This document shows positions 10,866 through 23,614 of a stretch of 64,000 nt of DNA, in pieces. The translations under genes and the position numbers were made by a program. The DNA is from Eledone cirrhosa (Eukaryota). The notes beneath the pieces were generated by a model. That model worked only from the letters and a program-made list of their open reading frames with translations. It was not told the origin of the DNA and did no database searches. The first letter of the stretch is position 1. Each line of letters opens with the position of its first letter. The DNA lies in the NCBI GenBank assembly GCA_964016885.1, contig OZ024741.1, positions 162,130,001-162,194,000 on the forward strand. Reading direction: 5' to 3'.

Positions 10866-11109
10866 ATGTGGTAAGGAGCCAATCGTCAGATCATACCAAA
10901 GAAATAATGATTTCATTAGTCTTTCCATTTCTGATACTACTAGTCGAAACTCCTAGTAGAAGAAGGTGGTATTTGAACTCGGAGTGTAGAGAACCAGATT
11001 AGATACCCGCCCGACTCTTTATAGACCTCGAACGGATGAAATACAAAATTGACCTCGACGATATTTAAACATGGAGTGCAGTGATCCGGAAAAAACAGCG
11101 AGGCATTTA

Positions 11110-13055
11110 ACCTTTAATCTCTTTGATTCTGTGCTGGATGTTCGTGTTAAGAGTGGAGCTGAGCTGTCAACTGACCACCATCTAGTTATCTGCAGCTTGA
11201 GACTAACTAAAGCCAAGGAAGCTCACAAAACTGACAGGTCCAGGGCGACCTTCAGGATAAAGTGTAGATAAGGAAGTCAGGGCCGTGCAAACAATATTGC
11301 ATCCAAATTCAGAGAACTCCCTGAACAAACTGAGGAGATTGAGACAGTGTGGACATTGTTCAGCGCAGAAGTCTCTGCTTCAGCTGTTAAATGCTATGGG
11401 CGAAAAGGGCTGGATAGCAGGAGGTCCCAGTGATTCAATCAAGAGGTCAAAGATGCCATCTAAGCAAAGAAAGACGCTTACAAAGCTTGGCTTGGAAATA
11501 AGTCCTCCTCCTTGCATTTGCAGTACAAGCAAGCACGAAGAATCGCAGCAGAGACAGTAAAGGCGTACAAATTTAAGACATGGGGGTTAAGCGGGAATTC
11601 GACTTCAGCAAATGAAGTATTCTGGCAGACCATCCGCCGACTTCATAATAAGAAGCTCTCGTCCACAGCTGCTATCAGGAACGCGTCTGGGATTCTCTTC
11701 TCTTCAGAGAGGAGGATCATCGTGAAGTGGAAAGAATACTTTGCTGATCCCCACAAACTCAATTACAGCAGCATTTTCTGATGTACACGAGGTGAATCTG
11801 GGAGCAGTGACTAATCTCTCTGAGGCTCAGAGAGATTAAAGAGCGCAAATGTGTCTAGAGCGGTACGAGATGTTAAAAGCCTTAAATAGAGAAGGTATTC
11901 TCTGGATGACGCGTGTGTGTCGAGTGGCCTGGATCTCTGGAAAGGCACCTTACCGATGGCAATCGGGAGTGATAATCCTAATTTTCAAAAAGGGAAACAA
12001 GAGAGATTGTTTCAACTACAGAGGGATCTCTTTGTTAAGCCTCCCCGGTAAAGTCTATGCTAAGTGATGGCCAAGAGATGCATGGAGATTGTTGAGTCCA
12101 AGCTATCTGATGAACAGTGTGGTTTTCACCCCGGACGTAACACAGCCGAGAAAATATTCACACTGAGGCAAGTATTCGAGAAATCGTGAGAATATTGCCA
12201 AGAGGTATATTCTTGTTTTGTAGACCTTGAAAAGGCATATGACCGCGTTCTTCGGGACCTGCTGTGGACGGTTGTGCAGGAGTGTGGGATTGATTGTCAG
12301 CTTCTTGCTGCAGAGTTGGAAGTGGTATCATGACTGGTGTAAAATCAGTCGGCTGGAATTTGCAGACGATATGGTGTTATTTAATTCGACAGAGGTTATC
12401 TCCGACTTGCACTCGATAGGTTTGATGCCGAGTGCTGCATGGTTGAAATGAAATCAGTGCTGCGAAAACTGAGATACTCGTCCTCTCAAAGAAGCATGCG
12501 CAGTGGAGAAGTATCTCGGGGTCGTGTTCACAAGTGATGGAAGGCAGGAGGCGGTATTAAGTGCAAGAATTTGAAAAGCTGGTGCAGTAATGTGACAGCT
12601 TCAGCATTCAGTAATCGAAAGAAGGGAGGTAGGGGTAAAAGCCAAACTCGCTATCTTCAATTCGGTTTTTACACCAACTCTTTCCTATGGTGATGAATCT
12701 TGGGTAATAACCGAAAGGATACGATCACGAATACAAACGGCTGGAATGGGATTCCTCCGAAGGGTTTTTGGAGTAACGTTACTCGATAGAGTGCGTAGCT
12801 TGGAGATCGGAGTGTCACGCAAGGTAGAGCCGCTACTTCTCCGAATTGAGAAATCACAGCTCCGATGCTATCGACATGTGTTTAGAATGTCTCGGGAAAG
12901 AATCACTGGAGAGATTTTACGGGCAAAAGTATCCGGCAGGCGACCTTGGGGTAGACCCCGAGCAAGTTGGCTGGATAACATCCATGAGCTTGGTTGGTCT
13001 TGCTTTGGGATCCGGCCGGACCAGTTGGAGACTATTGCTTCTAACAAATAAATAG
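11110..13055 (+). mobile_element. Decayed RTE-clade LINE (APE C-terminus, RT, C-terminal domain)
   Basis: LDVRVKSGAELSTDHHLV; ILIFKKGNKRDCFNYRGISLLSLPGKVYAK; EQCGF; FVDLEKAYDRV; LEFADDMVL; SQLRCYRHVFRM...GRRPWGRPRASW. Many stops, frameshifts and deletions. Confidence 0.88.
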
Positions 13056-13129
13056 TTCTGCGTAGCAGCGTTGCGGAAATATCCAAAGCCTTGGAGAGTC
13101 GTATAGTATTAGGACCTATAACATGATTT

Positions 13130-14720
13130 CCCCTCGTCTGCTCAGTTGCAGCCGTCCACTACACCACCAGATGAGATAGTGAGCTTGTCTGGTGCTGAAG
13201 ACTCACTGGTCAACATTACTCGGCTCAGGCGGCTCTGGCAGATTCCGCTCAAGATCCTGAGAGCAGCCTGGTTGCCCGTAGCCGATGCCCTCGCTTCCTC
13301 AATGTTTCATCCTTTGCGTAAGTGTCCATCCCTAGTATGCCCAAAGACATACCTTCTGCTCTCAGTCCTCCACCCCTGAGGCCAGCACAAAGCGTGTACC
13401 CACCGTGTAAACGCTAAACTAATCGAGGGCTGCAGTCAGAGTGGTTGCTTCGGAGGACACTGTCCTCCACACCACCGAGGAGGTCCTAGCTGCCCTGCGG
13501 CTCAAGTACCCTGAACCGCCCGCCGACCTCAGACCCATACCCCCAACGTATCCTCACCAGCTTTTTGTGACTTCTGACGCAGACATCATGTCTGCCATCA
13601 AGTCCTTCCCAGCCAGCAGCAGCGGAGGTATTTATTGCCTCCGACCTGGACACCTCAAGGAGTTGTTACCCCGCCTCCCTCTCCGCTGAGGCCGGGTCCG
13701 GGCTTCTGAGCGCAATTATGACACTCACTAATAGATTTATCCATGGCACCCTGGACCTTCAGGCCTGAGGTCTCATGTTTGCTGTGGGCAATGTCTTCCG
13801 CTAGTGGCTGCTAAGGTGGTCTGTAGGTTCATCACACTTGAACTAGACGGGGAGCTCGGCCCGGTGCCAGTAGGGGTCGGCGTGTCCGGTGGGTGTGAGG
13901 GGGCCACACAGGCAGCTAGACAGTTATTCAATTACTACCCACCGGAACCGGCATTCAGGGAATCCAAACACCTCGTTGTCAAGCTTGTCATGAGGAATGC
14001 CACTAACTGCCTACGCCGTGACCATCTGCTCGAGGCTAGTCTCAGCCGAGCCCCCTCTGCCTACTTGTCATATGGAGTCCCGAGCATGCTCCTTGCTGCT
14101 GACACGGTTATACCTTCAGCCACTGGAGTTCAACAGAGTAACCTCTTCGGCCCCCTCCTCTTTGCTCTTGGTATAGACCACATCGCTCGGAGTATCACAG
14201 CCCCTCTCAACGTTTGGTACCTGGATGATGCAACGTTGGGCGGGCCCGTGGACATTGTCTGCCACGACCAACAATCGATGGTTACTGCTCTGGCGATAAT
14301 CGAGCTGGAGATCAACTCGTCCAAGTCGGGGGTGGTGAATATCAACCACGATGCAGAGAGCTTTGTAGCCTCCGTCTCGGACGTGCGATCTATTCGTCCA
14401 CCTGATGGGGGAGCGACAACCTGGTGCAATCTGCAACTAACCCAGGTTCTGCTGCACTTCGGGCTGAGGAGAGTAAACTCTCCAAGTATCGGTCGCTCTC
14501 CGACAGGTTTGCGGTCGAGCCCCTAGCAGTGAAGACATCTGGTGTCCTTGGCCCTAGGGCTACCTCCCTACTTACCACCATAGGCGCTGAGCTGGCGAGC
14601 CGTAGGTGTGGGCCTCGCGAGATGGAATGGCTCTTCCAGCACAACTCCCTTACCATCCTCCGGGGGAATGCCTTCTCCATTCTGTCCGCCAGAGCCATCG
14701 GATGGCCAGCGCGTGAGACC
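13130..14720 (+). mobile_element. Decayed CRE-clade non-LTR retrotransposon (RT + REL), internally deleted
   Basis: AIKSFPASSSGGIYCLRPGHLKELL; GVGVSGGCEG; SATGVQQSNLFGPLLFAL; WYLDDATLGG; AEESKLSKY...PLAVKTSGVLG...ILRGNA. Markedly GC-richer than its flanks. Confidence 0.8.
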
Positions 14721-15381
14721 CCATTTGAGCATGGTGGTGAGAGATGGAGAGAGCGGGAGAGAAGAACGTGATGACAGTGGGAGTTCGGTTCCTCTGTGTT
14801 CGGACCTGGTGTACGTGTATGTGCATGCTTACTGTCTTACTACTACTACTTTCGCAACCGCATGGATTCAGATTCATTTAGACTACGTGGTAATTTGATC
14901 AATGTCTTGTGAGTGAAATTTGGTAGATGAAAACTGTGCAGAAGCTCTCCGCATGTGTGTATATGGGCGCATGTGTTAATGTGTTTATGTTGTTTGTTTC
15001 GTAATATAACGGTTCGACAAATAGAGATCGATAAAATAAGTACCAGCCGTAAAAATATAATTACTAGGATTCAATATGATCGATTGAATATCTTCACTGA
15101 CAGTATTCTAATGGCGGAAACAAGTAAAGAATTAAAGAATTTAAAAATGCGTATTTTTTTTAACATAGCAAGTATTTTACGTCAATTAAAAATTGATCGA
15201 TGTAAAGTCGTCTCTCATTGGCTATATGTTTTCAGGGGAGATAATATCAATTTTGTAAAGTTATATATATTAGCGTAATTACCTCCCTTAGACTTCCCTC
15301 AATATTTCATCGCCTTCCAAGGTCGAACTTGGTCATCTTCTTGAGAATATTTGTTATTTTCTCAAAGAAAACGAAGCAGAC

Positions 15382-15414
15382 ATGAAATTCCTGGATACAA
15401 TTTATGCTTCTGAT
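15382..15414 (+). CDS. UQCRH: Cytochrome b-c1 complex subunit 6 (hinge protein), coding exon 1: MKFLDTIYASD
   Basis: ATG in context gacATGa, 11 codons, then a phase-0 GTAAGT donor in frame with exon 2. Assignment as the first exon is inferred. Confidence 0.7.
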
Positions 15415-17189
15415 GTAAGTAAAATAACAGATTAGTCATTCTATTTCATCTGTCTCGTCTCCTCGTATTTTCTTTTTATATGTTGCGAAAATCATGAAAT
15501 ATATTCAAGATTTAATATCCTTAGAATGTTTTTCAATGGAAATTCTATAGCATTCTTTTGAGACAAAATAATCTATCAGCTGCATTAATTGTTCGGCTAT
15601 CTAGGATTTAACGAAAAATTAATATTTACAGTTTTAAACCAAGCAAATCGTATTTAGCACAGAGTAAACACGACGAAAAAATTCACAATTCTCAGTTTTT
15701 ATTCATTCGTGTGGCTCTCTCTACTCATTAGCACTACTCACTTCATTAAACAATGTAAACATCAATTCTATATGTTTCTGGAATAGAAATTTAATCATTT
15801 TTTTTCTTCTTTTGTGATTACATTAGTTATTATATACTTATTTGATGTAATAAATCACAAAATTCACACGAGTTTAGAATCAGGTACGCCACATAGATAA
15901 GGCAGTCAGACATCAAAGCCTTCGTTTTTTTAAGTCTCACCGCATTCAAAACATTTAATATACAAAATAAAGAGTTATAAGGTTTATTATTCGAGTATTA
16001 TTATTACTTCAGTTTGTTGGCAATTTTTCATACTCTATGTATGCAAATCACTCCAATGGTCATAAACCCTTTCCTCTCGATGACATTCTGACCTTGATCA
16101 AATATTTTGCTTAAATTTTACTGTATTCTCTGCTTCATACGAAACCACATGAAATCACACATGGTTCTACCATACAAAACTTTTTGATTTAAAATGTTTA
16201 TATCTAACAACCTGTATCCTTCGAACCTCGAAACCGCCCCTAATTCTTAGGTCGTTTTAAAGTGTCCCTAATATCCTTCCGTTATTAATTTTCCGAGGTT
16301 AACTTTACCTTTCATCCTTACGGGGTCGATAAAATAAAGTACCAGTAATACACTAGGTTATTGCTGGCCTTGTGCCAAAAAGTAGAAACAGTTATTAATT
16401 TTATCTAAGAATCTTTGTTATGTTTAACATTCTCATTATTAAACTGTTAAACAGCAGTTTAATGAGAAAGTTAAATTACCAAATCCATCCAAATTTGTTA
16501 TTATTTCCAAAATAATATTAAAATCATAGATATTGTTGTTGTTGTTTTTTATTAGAAATATGGGAAGGAAAGAGTTATACATATTTATTCATTTATCTTC
16601 TTCGTTCGGTGTCCCCTCAAAAAATCCTCTTGATACATTTGTGTAAATTATTTTCTTTTATTTCGTTGTTTGTCGAAAACATTAATAATTCAGTAATCTT
16701 TGTTTCTTTTTTTAATGAACTGCTAAATATTACCTTAAATCCCCGAAATATTTTTATAGATTTGCTTTTACTTGTTTTCCGGAACAAATTTTATCTTAAG
16801 AAATAATACTGAAACTCCCCCCTCCTAAATGTTTTATTTCATTAACAAAACAAAATTTTAGCCAGTTAAATGCAAAGTGTGTTCAATATATTTCACTATT
16901 AATAGTTGTTTAACCTCACGTACGCTCATAATTGAGGTGACCTATGAGATATCATTGACAGTAAACTGCGGAATACGAAAAGGAAACTATCCTTTCGTAT
17001 TCACCGGATTCGTTGCTTATATACACGTTTGGCCTAGGGACTCCTTGTCATTTCGTATATCTATAAAATATACAAAATATAAATCCTGTGAATCGGACGA
17101 AATATTTTCATTTTCTTTAAAGATCTATTGTCAATGTTATATAACACATACATATATTGGTGCTACAATAGAATGTACTTAGTACACGC

Positions 17190-17954
17190 TGTGAAGTGGT
17201 TAGCGTTCGGAAGGCATCCAGCTTTAGAAACTATGCCAAAGATCCAACCTATGCAGCATGGAAAACGATGATGATGATATATAGAGGTGGCTTCGTTTTT
17301 TTTTTTTTTTTTTCTAGATCTATTGTCGGAGATTATTTGCAGATAGTGAACAGAAATAATTTTGAAAATCTCGTTTGTTTATTTTAAGTGTTAATATTTG
17401 TTTAACTTATGAACAGTAAGCGTTCTTTAAAAATATAAATCAAACTGGTGTATTTTAGATGTTTAAGAAGATTCGTTTAAACTTATCAACTCCTTTGTAT
17501 CAATCGCAGAGGAAAAGCAGTGCCCAGGAACCCTTTCAGGATGCCCAAGACCGGTGAGAGCTAATGGGCATGGTATTCTCAAACCAGGGATGTAACCCAA
17601 ATGCAACAATGAGGACTCCATTAAAGGCACCCAAGGGCCAGGTGGCTGTGTTAAATCAGGCAATGATTTAAATAGAACAAGCTTTTCAAGGCCATTTTTC
17701 CTGTTAAAACCTTTAAACTCCCCATTAAGTTCTTTTTGGGGCAATGTTTTACAACTGGATGCGCCTTGTGAAGCCAAATCTTGTGAAGTGGTTAGCGTTC
17801 GGAAGGCATCCAGCTTTAGAAACTATGCCAAAGATCCAACCTATGCAGCATGGAAAACGATGATGATGATATATAGAGGTGGCTTCGTTTTTTTTTTTTT
17901 TTTTTTCTAGATCTATTGTCGGAGATTATTTGCAGATAGTGAACAGAAATAATT
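17190..17954 (+). repeat. Direct duplication of ~173 bp (17190-17362 and 17782-17954) in UQCRH intron 1
   Basis: The copies are identical apart from poly-T length and include a SINE/RTE-type tail ending in (GAT)n. Confidence 0.85.
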
Positions 17955-18784
17955 TCTTACGAAAAACAAGGATACAGTGTATGAATCCTAAACTGGATAC
18001 ACATTGCTTGTAAAAAGGAAAAACAACGCATTCGCAAATGATTGCTGATTTAACATTTTTGATTTGGGTTGATCAGAGTTAACTGGTAACTAACGCAACA
18101 AGCATTTTAAGGCCATTTTCTCTACTAAAGCAGGGATTAGTCATACAGGTCTTGCAACATGTGATCCATTTTGAGATGTTTTACAGCTAGATGCCTTTCC
18201 TGGTGCCAACTATTTAGTCACCTCTTACAACATACACAGATGTGACATACCTATACTAAACTGGATACACACTGATGAATTACGTCGACTACTAGATTTT
18301 ATTTTGCTGGTCTACAAATTCTGGTTAGATTTTATACTAATTTCTTTCATAATGATCTCTTAGATATGCGCAAGGTTGACTGTAGCTCCTATCATCAAAA
18401 CACTTGAGAAACCAATGAGATGTAATCTCGTAGGAGGCCAGCTAAAGCTAAATAAGTGAGAGCTGCAACAACAATAAGTAAAACAGTATGACAAATTTTA
18501 TGCTCTGAAGCAGAAATATTTCAAAACAAATAGTAGACAGTTCGATTCATTTTCATTCACATGCACTAAAAATATGTCATTCATGCACAAAGAAACTTCA
18601 GCACAATTACGACTTTCCAGTTGTTACCATCCTAGATGGTAAGGGATTCTTTGTCAATTTTAACAATAAGAATTTATTTGTTTGATCAATTGCATATCCC
18701 ACTCCAAATTAACATGAAATTAGATGAGTATTCCACAGACATGTGCCAGAGAAGATTATGAATGTGGGTGGGAAGCCACTAGAG

Positions 18785-19085
18785 CTAGTTGAAGACTTCC
18801 TGAATCTGAGAGCAAAGATTGGGAACACAAAAGAGGATGTGGTGGAGAGGAAGAGCAAAGTATGGGCAGCATATCACAGTTTGAGGTTGGTGTGAAGGTC
18901 GGACCTTTGTAAAAACCTGAAGATCCATTGCTTCATCGTTACAGTGGAGTCTCTGCTGCTGTACGGGTCTGAGACTTGGACACTGACTGAGAGACTCAGT
19001 CAGATGGTGGATGGGTGCTACATGAGGATGCTGAGGATGGCTCTGAACATTAATCAGTATGCACTGAGAATGAAGAACTCGTCCA
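18785..19085 (+). mobile_element. RTE-type LINE fragment
   Basis: VESLLLYGSETWTLTERLSQMVDGCYMRMLRMALNI. Confidence 0.7.
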
Positions 19086-20850
19086 TGGATTTTGGGAGTT
19101 TTACCCACCCTAGATATATGTGTCCTTAATGTAATACTCAAGTTGAATCAGTGTGAGAAATCTGGAACTTTGAATTACAGGTACAGTACATCCAGTGGGC
19201 TTCCATACAGTTTCCATCTGCTCAATTTCACTCACACAGCTTGAGTCGACCTGAGTCTGTGGTAACGGTACTTGCTCAGGATGTGACTCAGTGGGATCAA
19301 ACCCAAGCAAATTTCTTAACCACTCAGCCATTCCCAAGTTTAATCCTTAAGCATAACACCTAACTCTAAATCCTGACACTGAACCATAACCCTAAACACT
19401 AACTCCTAACCAATTAAATATTACTGCATGGGCCTTAGTTGCATGCTCAAAAATCAAAATGAATTGGTGTGTCGTTGAAAAGAATACATTTTATGCAAAT
19501 TATTGGTAAGAAACTCTTTCCAAAACAATGGATATTACAGGATTGAGACAATTAAATTCTCTACTTAGAGAATTTTTAACAGATGAATAACATCTTTAGG
19601 GGTCAATACATGTGTGTGTGTGTGTGCACATCTACATATACAGTGAAACAAAAACCAAGGACTGAACATAAAAGAATCAAATTCCCATTGTCACTGCCTC
19701 CATCTCTCACTTGTATAAGCAAATGGGGGCCCACATGCTGTATCTATTATTTTCGAAATTTTTCTGTTTTTAAATTAATATAAACACTTTAAAATAAAAA
19801 GCTTTTCACCATAGAATGCAGTGGGTTTCTGTCAAATGGGCTAAAGAGTCTCTTGCTACAACTAAATAAATATTGTAACACTTCTTATAGTGTAGATGAT
19901 TGTTCAACATATATTCAATGAGGAACTATTTATCCTAAATACTTTTGTATTTATGCCAGTATGTGCTGTAAAGGGTTACTGTTTATTATTTAGTCACTAA
20001 AGCTCAGGATTTCATAATGGGCAATAGAAGTTACATTAGTCTCACCCAGTTATCACAAAACTAATCAGTAAGGAAGATCCTGAAATGGTGACACAACTCC
20101 TATTCAGAATACCCATTAAATGGAATCATATATTAAGACTTTGTCTGTGTATCTGTCTGGGTTTTTTTCTGTCTACATATCTACTTAGTTTCCCCTTTTA
20201 ATTCTCTCTTTATATCTTTCTCTCCCTGTCTCTTTTTATCTGGTTTATTTTTTATAGCTTATTACATGATTACATGAATCTCTTTCCATCCTAATATTCC
20301 TATAATAACCTCTGTACTATGTATGTCATGATAAAAATCCTTTCTAGTACTGGTACCAAGGTAAAATGCACCCTGTACACTCTGTAAAGTAGTAGTGTTG
20401 ATGCCACAATAACATGTGTCCACTACACTCTGTAAGGAAGTTGGCATTGGGGAGGGCATCCAACTGTAGAAACCATGTCAAATATGGAACATAAAAGCAA
20501 GATGAGGTTTCTCTAGTCACAGACCATGACAACTCGTCCAACCTGTACCAGCATAGAAATCAGATGTAAGAGTTTTCTCTACCCTAATATTGTTGCTGAA
20601 TCACCAATCATTTTATAGAGTGTACTGGGTGTATTTTATCATAGCAGCACACTAGATAGATTGTCAGATACTCACTCGATTTTATGTTCTCTTGGTCTGT
20701 TCATCTATTAATTTACATGAGCCACTAAGGAGGCTAAAGGAACCTCTCCACACCATTCACTAATCTTTTAGAGAAACATAACTTTGGAGGTGAACTGGTT
20801 TGTGTCTTTGAGTTCATGTAATTTTCATTGTAAATGTTTTATTATTTCAG

Positions 20851-20913
20851 GAACCAGATGAAGAGCCAGAAGCTGAAGAGGAGGCCGAAGAAGAAGAAGA
20901 GGAAGATTTAATA
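20851..20913 (+). CDS. UQCRH: UQCRH exon 2 (acidic tract EPDEEPEAEEEAEEEEEEDLI)
   Basis: ttatttcag acceptor, GTAAGA donor, phase 0/0. An acidic N-terminus is typical of the hinge protein. Confidence 0.9.
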
Positions 20914-22489
20914 GTAAGATTAATTTTTACTTAATTTGAAAATGAGAGCTGAAGAAAACAATTATAATTGCTATATCCCACCTCAAAAAAAGAATTTCAA
21001 ATTCCACTGGAAGAATTGGGGAGAAAACCAAAATATGAAAGATTAGTGTACATAAAATACCTTATACCCAACTATAAGGGTGATCACAAATTAATAGCTT
21101 ACAAAAAAAATGCTGCTTCAGACTTTATCTCATTTGAGACTACAACTATTGAGATTTGAAAAGCTTGCCCATGTTAATATGGTGCTTGGGTGAAAAATTA
21201 GTAGATATCAATTCAAAATGGGGAGGAATTAAGGAAACCTGTCATTGCAAGGAGAACAATGTGACCTGGGTCTCTGAGAACCACTGCATTAACCTAAATC
21301 ATGATGATAATAATAATGAAAATTGTGTACAGTGCTCAGGTGCACTACAACTCATCAAAGGTGCATGTATAGTACATAGAATTATGTACAAATGCCAGGA
21401 AAGTGAAGTGTATGAGTCATGATATACACAAAGATATGATGTTGGATCTTGTTGTTCCTTATGTATGATCCTCCATCAGTTTTGTTGATAAACATTCAGT
21501 TGTTTCAACTGAATGTTTAACTTGTGATTCAACGTTTCAGTGGCTGAGTATTCCATAGACATGTATACCCTTAATGTAATTCTCAGGCAGAACCAATATG
21601 ACACAGTATGTGACAAGGCTGGGCTTCGAAATCACAGGTACAGTCGATCTAATAGACATCCAAACAGTTTCTGTCTGCTCAATTTTATTCACAAGACTTG
21701 AGTCAAACTAGGCTATAGTAAAGACACTTGCCAAAGATGCCACACAGTGGGATTGAGTGAAGCAAACTTCTTGACCATTCAGCCATACTTGTATGCAACC
21801 TAAATCACTATTAGAATGACTATTATTTCCCATAACACCAATGGAAATTCCATGTTTTATAAATGTTCTTATCTCTAATAGTTTCAAATTTCCCCAATGC
21901 TTCTTAACTCAACTGCTTTGTTTACACTTCTAGCTACAAGCTCAAAACCTTCTAAAATCATGGAATTGCTGGTCTTGTTTTAACCCTTTCATGATAGAAT
22001 TTCTAATGAAATACTCTCTATGTTAATGAAGAGTTTTGATGGATTTACTAAAATTATTATTTATTTCATTACTAAGTTAGTAACTTAACATATAGTCCTT
22101 ATATAAAACTATGTTGGAAGATTTAAATTCAAATAGGAACCCTTTAACATGGATGGTTTTGTTTCATAGAACCAGAGTCAGTTTTGGCCAGGTTGGTCTC
22201 AAACGGATTAAAACAATTCTAATCACTGATGATTTTTCTAACTTTCTAACTTTATTACATATATTTAGAGCAGTGAATTGGCAATCATTAGAATAATGGA
22301 TAAAAGGCTATTCAGAATGTGGTTATGTCCCTTTACATTCTGAGTTCATATCCTGCAGAGGCTACTCTTGTTGTTCATCCTTCCGAAGTTGAAATAAATA
22401 CCAGTTAAGTGAGGTTGAAGATTGATATAATCAAATGTTTTCTCTTCGTCACTTCTTTTAAAGGCGAGCAACAAAGGGGGCTGGAAAGT

Positions 22490-23040
22490 ATGTAAATGAG
22501 AATGGCTAGGTGAATGAACAGAGAGAGGAAGACAAAGGATGATGGGTATAGAGCTACTGATGAGTGTTGTGAAAAGAAATTGAATGAGATGGTTTGGTCA
22601 TTTGTTTAGGAAGAATGAAAGTGACTCGGGCAGAAGAATAGAGCCAGTGATGAATGTATAAAAAGAAATGGAATAAGATGGTTGGGCTATGTGTTTGTAT
22701 TGAAGGATGAAATGGATTGCATCAGAGGAATATGCTAGTGATGAATGTTATAAAGAGAAATGAATGAGATAGATGGGTCATGTGTTGAGGAAAGATGAAA
22801 GTGAGAGGGTAATGGGAATAGAGCTGCAATGAATGTTGTGAAGAGAAATGGAATGAGATGTATTGAGAAAAGATGAATGTGACTGGGTGAGAGGAGTGAT
22901 TGAAATGAGTATGGAAGGATGTAGAGTAATAGGAAGACATGACTAAAGTTGATTGAGGAGGAAATGAAGGCCAGGGGTTTGGTGAGAGGGGTGCATGTGA
23001 TAAGGCGAAATGAAGAAGTTTGTCATGGAGCTTGTATTAG
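22490..23040 (+). repeat. Degenerate tandem repeats derived from an RTE 3' coding end (RWFGH-like motif)
   Basis: Recurrent gaaatggaatgagatgg(ttt)ggtcatgtgt..aggaagatgaaagtga units at roughly 80-110 bp spacing. Confidence 0.45.
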
Positions 23041-23455
23041 CTGGGAAAAACGCTTGTGCTTTTGTTATTATTCATTACCATCATCATCATTACATATTTA
23101 AGTTTCTGAAATGAGGTATTGGAAGTATTTAAAATTTCTCAATTATTCAATCATTAATTCTTTCAGTATCAACCCACCTGAGACTACCTCTAGTTCTATA
23201 ATACAAAACCTATCATTTTAATGTTTTTGATGAAAATTAAACCTCACATCGTAAGGTTGCTCATGGAAGATACTCAATTGTTTTCCTAATTTTGAAATCA
23301 TCAAGAATTTGGAGCGATTTAATAAACTTTCTCGTTATTAAGCTGGTACATAAAATTATGGAAACAGTTACATTCTAAAAACGTGTTGAATATATAATTT
23401 AGTTATGTCTTATTTACCTCCCTTTGTTAGCATTTCAATTGTTAATTGTTTTCAG

Positions 23456-23614
23456 GATGTGCATGTTACTTTGCGCGACAAATGTAGAGAATCTAAGTGT
23501 ACGGCATACCAAGAGAAGTTAGATACTTGCAATGATCGTGTGAATTCTCGCACTAAAACAGCTGAAGACTGTACTGAAGAATTAATGGATTTATTTCATT
23601 GTGTTGACTATTGT
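23456..23614 (+). CDS. UQCRH: UQCRH exon 3 (UCR_hinge domain)
   Basis: ttttcag acceptor and GTAAGT donor. DVHVTLRDKCRESKCTAYQEKLDTCNDRVNSRTKTAEDCTEELMDLFHCVDYC matches the hinge pattern C..RV.SR..T.EDC.EEL.D..H..D.C. Confidence 0.96.

Noticed and set aside
19330-19412. Telomere-like (CCTAA) repeats; also 23735-23795
   Set aside because: Short and highly degenerate, not a TTAGGG array
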